Positions 34,690 to 40,080 of a stretch of 40,080 nt of DNA are shown here, piece after piece. Location of the stretch: the NCBI GenBank assembly GCA_040437565.1, contig JBDOQK010000079.1, positions 62,001 to 102,080 on the forward strand, written 5' to 3'. Source of the DNA: Albugo candida. Taxonomy: Eukaryota. The translations under genes were made by a program, and so were the position numbers. The notes below the pieces were generated by a model. It was not told the DNA's origin, made no database searches, and saw only the letters and a program-made list of their open reading frames with translations. Each line of letters starts with the position of its first letter. The stretch's first letter is position 1.

Positions 34690-37083
34690 GGGTGTGACTA
34701 TTGCCACAGACGTTTTGACAAACAAATCTGATTGGCTAATTTGTGTAAAGTAACATAAATTGATCTATATAATACTGCGTCTACGTAAGATGGATACATA
34801 ATACAATACACGTTCCACGTTTTCGCATTTCCTCGCTTCCCTCCCTACCACGCAACATACACCGAGTTGCGCAATAATAACGGCTTTCAATAAAAGAATG
34901 GATTTCAAATACACGAAAGAATATGATGTCATTGTTCAGAACAAATTACTGCAGCCACCAATCGGACTTGTTGAAGTTAAATATAATCCTCGCAAAGCGA
35001 TGGAAAAGGAATTGAATGAATCCGCTGCGACCCAAAGCTATGGGATAGTGACAAAAGCATCCTACAAGCAGCGTAACGGGAACTATACGGTCCATTACAA
35101 ATGGGACTGAGGAGGGTCTCACCGCAATCGGTTTGGTCTAACGGAAGAGACTGGAACTCGAAAGACTTCGACAGTACTCGCCAGTTGTCCATTCCGCTTC
35201 AAAGCCATACAGGATAAGCTGCACTGGACTTTCCACGTGGTTGAAGAGGATCAAAATCATATGCCATCCACCTCCACAAGCGCCCATCCTGTCCACCTCA
35301 GACTCGAAACAGAAATGGAAAAGACAATAGTTGAATTGTATGATGCTGGGGTCCCAACGAGAAACATTCAAACATGTTTGCGGAATGATCATGGACTTTT
35401 TTTGCCTAGAACAAAACTGAATAACGTCCGCCAAGCCGGAATTCTCAAAACTTTGGATGGCCGTACATCGATGGATGCTCTTGTACAGAAATTTCGCAGA
35501 TTGCAATTTGATCTCGAAACAATAGTGAGCAATGATGATGGTAAAATTTCCCACCTGTTCTTTGCCCATCCACCATCTACCGAGATGGCTCGGAGCCACA
35601 ATGACATTTTTCTGGTGGATGCCATATACAAGACAAATGCTTTGAAGCTTCCCTTGTTACATCTCGTTGGGGGCTCGTTGATGTAAAAACATTTTCCGTC
35701 GCATTTGTTTTCATGACGAACGAGAGTCAATCCTCATACTCTTCAGAAATGAAATTCTTTCAATCGATCTTTAAGGGACGGAATTCTCCCGAACATTTTT
35801 GTCGTTGATCGCGAGCTGGCGCTACTTTTAGAATGTTAAGAAGACTTCCCTGCTTCCCAAATTCTGTTATGTGCATGGCATATTGCCAAAAGAAGAAGAA
35901 TGGATAGTCTTCATGAAAGACTGGAGGGAAATCATGTAGGCACAAACAGAAGGCTCCTTCGATGAACTATGGCAACAAATCAAACTGCGTGCAGACAGTG
36001 CAATCATCAAGTATATTGTCGAAACATAGATTCTCTGCAAAGAAATGTTTGTTACCACTTTAACTGACTGTATAACGTATTTCGGTCATACTGCGACCTC
36101 GTGCGGTGAAATCGCTCACCACCTGCTCAAGCAATGCATGACAACTAGCATGAACAACCTTCTTTCGTGCTACGAAAAATTATACCTAGCTATTGAAAAT
36201 AATCTCGCCGAGCACAATGTGTCCCGACAGCGTCAACAAATGAGAACATGCAACTATGCACAGCCAACGCCTCAAGGAATGATTTTTCGGGATATTAACT
36301 TGCAAATTTCTCATTTTGCACTGAATAAAATGTACGAGCAGTTGAAAGTTGCCCGCCAGCCACAAAGAAGCGACGATGACGTATGCTCTGGAGCATTTTC
36401 ACAGTCTGGGCTTCCCTGGAAGCACAAACTGCGTCATTACCTGTGTTAAAATCAAACCTTGCAAATGAGCCACATCCATCCGCATTGGCACTTGGCTGAG
36501 CCCCACCACTAAGTCCTCTTCCGTTGCGGCCAGCCAAAATTCTCCCAATGTTACTTGATCAAGTGGCCACCTGCTTTGGGGCCTTTCCAGACCATAAGCA
36601 GGCTACGACACCCGACGAACTTCAGACAATATCGCAACAAATTCCAAAAATTTTGTAAGAGCTAGTAATTGCGCCCCAAAGGATGGCCGCTCCAACAAAA
36701 TGGATAAAAGCGGCGCAATTTATCTGGGTTTAAATGTGTGGAACCCAAGGAAAACCCCAAAAAAGATGCTTGCAGAGCTTGTGCGGGAGCAGGGCACCGC
36801 TCGGACTCTAAGAAGCGCAAGAAAAGCATCAAATAAGAAATTCTATTATGAATCTTAGGTAGACTCAGTGATATAGGCATCCTATCGATTAATCATTTTG
36901 GTTTACACAAATTAGCCAATCATGCATGTCTTGTCTGTGGCAATAGTGAAAACTTGTGTGGGAGTTGTGAAAACGATCGATGAATCACACAAATCAGCCA
37001 ATCATACTAGTTTACTCAAATTAGCAAATCAGAAATGTTTTGTATGTGGCATTAGTCAAAACGTCTGTGGCAATAGTCACACC
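34690..37083 (+). mobile_element. Mutator-like (MULE) transposon with complete ends and inactivated transposase
   Basis: Perfect 29-bp TIR GGTGTGACTATTGCCACAGACGTTTTGAC (34691-34719 / 37055-37083) with subterminal repeats, and a TSD-like pair TATCCTTAGA / TATCCTTGA. Transposase motifs: FLVDAIYKTNALKLPL, VVDRELAL, LCAWHI, FGHTATSCGEIAH, SWIM-like CSGAF..GLPWKH and a C-terminal CRAC..GH. Confidence 0.93.
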
Positions 37084-37143
37084 TATCCTTGAATCCTCTA
37101 CGGAAATTGGGAAACCGGTATCGCCACACCCCCTAATTTTTAA

Positions 37144-39537
37144 GGCCGTTGCTATGGCCACAGACATTAATACTACGGCCATAGATAATTGATCTAACCA
37201 ATCACAGCTTACAAAAATTAATCGTTGCCAAGTACGCCAGCCAATCAGGTCACCTGTCTACTTTTATACACGAGCTCATTCACGAATCGGGCTAGATATC
37301 CGCAGCACTCTCATCAAGCATGGACATGGAGCAGCAGCAGAACGAACAATTCACCGCATGGAAGACCATGGAAGAACATATGAATGTGGTAGCTGCTGCA
37401 AATGGCTATGGAATCATCAATAAATCCTCATAAAAGCAACCAGATGGACGACAAGTTGTTCACTATAGATGCGATCGTGGAGGCGTAGATCGAAACCCTC
37501 ACGGACTTGTCCAAGAAACAAGGGTTTGGAAGGCAGTGCACTCCTTGACTGTCCTTTCAAAGGTGTTGGACAGGAATCGAAAGGTAAATCCACGCATCAT
37601 GGTCGAATGAGGCTACCGAGGAATTCAGCGTTCACATTAACAATCTCCTCTCAATTATGGATGGTACCTGGTTTCTTACAATTACATTCAACGAGCATAG
37701 CCACGAAGATTCCATCGCCAGGACCGCTCATCCAGTTCACACTCGCATATCGGAGTCTCAAGAGAAAGAAAGCTGACCTCTTTCAGTCCGGTTTGAAAGC
37801 TAGGAAGAGTCAAGCCATCATTCGAGAGCAAGACCAGCAATTGGAACTCACTAAGCGAAAGCTTTGGAATTTGAAGCAAAAGAATGCAATCAGGGACCTC
37901 GAAAACGAACTCCAATGGACATGCTGTTCGAAACCTTCACGAACTTTGGATTCGGAATAAATATCGAGAAAAAAATCCAATGGGCGCATCACACATTTGT
38001 TCTTCGCTCATTCAAAGAATGTGAAACTTTTCAGGAATAACTGCAACGTCTACTTGCTAGATTGTACATATAAAACAAGCAAGATGAGATTTCCTTTGCT
38101 CCACGTTGTTGGAAATACCAGGATATATTCCACGTTCTCGGCGGCCTTCGTTTTATGAAGAAGGAGGATGCTGACTCGTATGTTACCGCCGTCCACCTCT
38201 TACGACTTTTTCACGCCGACCATCAACCGAAAATATTCGTTACTGAGCGAGAGCTCGCTCTCATGAACGCTTTGCGAATGATTTTTCCTTTGACAAAAAT
38301 CCTTCTTTACATTTGGCACATTCAGAAGAACGTCGTCATCAAATGCAAGCTCCATTTTTTGAAGGATGATGAGTGGAAAGCATTTTCGAAGAATTGGAGA
38401 TCGGTAACTTGCCCTTTGTTGTTTGTGATCACTAAGTTTCATTCATGTTCTAAGTTATTCCTCGTTGTGCAGGTGGTTTACTCAAACACGATCGAGGAAT
38501 TCAATGAAAATTGGGAATTTTCAACTCATATGGACAGAACGCTAAACGGAATCCGTGGAGTATCTAGCCAAGACGTGATTCGATCCCCACAAGGAGAAAT
38601 TAGTTCGAGCATGGACGAATTTAATTCAGCAATTCGGTCACACAGTCACTTCACGTGGAGAAGGTGACCACAATGTCGTGAAAGAGTTCAACGCAAGCAT
38701 CATGAAAAATCTGTTTGGGTGTTATGAGCGGATAGTTCAGTCCATGAAAAGCTTCCAGATCGAATTCACCACAGAACTGGCGAAGTAGCAAATAAAAATA
38801 TTATACCTTTCGCGCAGCCAACCCCACGTGGTGATTATATTGAACATATCAACCGGAAAATCTCATATTACTTTCTTCGGAAAGTATTTGATCAAGTTAG
38901 TTTATAATGTTCCTTTCTTTCTATGTGTTTTCTCCAATCACTAGAGTTTCGCAATGAAAGCTGGAAAAATCTCGACGTCTAATGACAACTGGCGCGAAGC
39001 TATGCTCTTCTACTTTTTCTACCATATGGGAGATACCTTACGAGCATCAGTTGCGGCAGCTGATTGCAAGCGGGAGGAGGCTTGAATTTAGCGATTTCGA
39101 TGTTCATTGGCACCTTCATTGAGCCCCTTCAGTACGACCTCCAGTTGCAGGCCAACAAGTTGACGATTTGCCAGTCGCTTTCGAAATATCACGCGACAAT
39201 TTCAGCAACCTACTTTGACACCAGAAAGAGGCAGTCCTGGACAATCTGGAAGAGATATCACAGGTATTTCGCGATTGAAGAATTTCTGTTTGATAATATA
39301 ATGGGTACTAACGCTGTTTATATAAGCAAACACCAGAAGTCCTCGAAGAGCCGGAGGTTGCTCTAACGAGAGCAAGACCAAGCGGAACGAGCAACAAAAC
39401 ATCGACGTGACGAGAACCTTTCCAATTTGAATACGTGGAGGGGATACCTCCCAGGAAGAGGAATGCGCCGACGTGTGGTGCTTGTCATAAAACGGGACAC
39501 CGACGTTCATATGCAGCGTGCCCCATCAATGCAATTT
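37144..39537 (+). mobile_element. Second MULE, degenerate, right TIR missing
   Basis: Left TIR-like GGCCGTTGCTATGGCCACAGAC. Transposase from ~37320: CDRGG, LLDCTYKTSKMRFPLLHVVG, FVTERELALMNAL, YIWHIQKNV, FGHTVTSRGEGDH and a terminal CHKTGHRR..C knuckle. Cut off at the atp1 fragment. Confidence 0.88.
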
Positions 39538-39949
39538 AAAAATGATGCTGAAAATAAAGTATATTGTATTTATGTAGGAATAGGTCAAAAATGATCAACT
39601 ATAGCAGAATTAACAAAAATTTTAGAAGAAAAAAATTCAATGTTTCATACAAGGGGTTATAAAAAATNNNNNNNNNNNNNNNNNNNNNNNNNNNNNNNNN
39701 NNNNNNNNNNNNNNNNNNNNNNNNNNNNNNNNNNNNNNNNNNNNNNNNNNNNNNNNNNNNNNNNNNNTCTTGTGGTATTTTTATTTTATTTTTCATTTAT
39801 CTTGGTGTATTATTTATAACCCCTTTATACAATTATAGTTGCTGCTACTGCTTCAGATTCAGCACCTTTACAATTTTTAGCTCCTTATACTGGTTGTACT
39901 ATAGGTCAATATTTTAGAGATAATGGTAAACATGCTGTTATTTCTTATG
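39538..39949 (+). pseudogene. atp1: NUMT: internal fragment of mitochondrial ATP synthase alpha subunit gene, interrupted by an insertion
   Basis: AT-rich. 39541-39651 reads NDAENKVYCIYVGIGQK*STIAELTKILEEKNSMFHT and 39826-39948 reads [41 protein letters not shown], which are contiguous atp1 segments. Conserved Arg of GQKRST is now TGA at 39592-39594. Confidence 0.93.
39653..39823. mobile_element. TIR element (Mutator-type/MITE) inserted in the atp1 NUMT; interior hidden by gap
   Basis: TIRs GGGGTTATAAA (39653) and TTTATAACCCC (39813-39823). 9-bp TSD TTCATACAA (39644-39652) / TTTATACAA (39824-39832). Removing it restores the atp1 frame. Confidence 0.8.
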
Positions 39950-40042
39950 TGGTCACCCACCCGAATACTACCCGAGCTTGAGGCTGCTTACCTTCGCAGA
40001 GCAGACGGGATACGGTGCTTTCAGCCTAATATGGCCGTCTAC
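39949..40042 (-). rRNA. 5S rRNA gene, 3'-truncated (94 of ~119 nt; likely pseudogene)
   Basis: Minus strand GTAGACGGCCATATTAGGCTGAAAGCACCGTATCCCGTCTGCTCTGCGAAGGTAAGCAGCCTCAAGCTCGGGTAGTATTCGGGTGGGTGACCAC matches oomycete-type 5S rRNA and ends abruptly at the NUMT. Confidence 0.9.
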
Positions 40043-40080
40043 GAAAGTGAATGGACGTAACACAATAGATCGCACAATGC

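Larger units (their letters stand above)
4467..39767. other. Seven 100-N scaffold gaps: 4467-4566, 12688-12787, 18516-18615, 21938-22037, 33582-33681, 34121-34220, 39668-39767
   Basis: Runs of exactly 100 N, i.e. placeholder gaps of unknown size. Confidence 0.98.

Overview
Eukaryotic nuclear scaffold, almost certainly an oomycete: oomycete-type 5S rRNA, RWP-RK and CxxxxC..CxxHGG proteins, and very short 48-71 bp introns, which fit an Albugo-like compact genome (species not determinable). Bases 1-19 kb are a transposon graveyard: two partial Ty1/Copia elements, a Tc1 (DD34E) element, a degenerate L1/Tx1-type LINE, one complete Copia element with LTRs and a GTTAG target-site duplication, and possible Harbinger and hAT relics. 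Bases 19.7-31.7 kb form a dense gene island: a divergent PARP, an RWP-RK factor, a WRKY19-like zinc-finger repeat protein, a CFAP61-N-like protein carrying two adenylate kinase domains, a 4-TM tetraspanin/TOM2A-like gene, a coiled-coil gene and an F-box-like/macrodomain gene. Bases 33-40 kb hold a Mutator (MULE) cluster ending in a mosaic junction: truncated MULE, then a mitochondrial atp1 NUMT (itself split by a TIR insertion with a 9-bp TSD), then a 3'-truncated 5S rRNA gene. There are seven 100-N gaps, three with duplicated flanks that are probably assembly artefacts. All family calls come from motif recognition by eye, not database searches.
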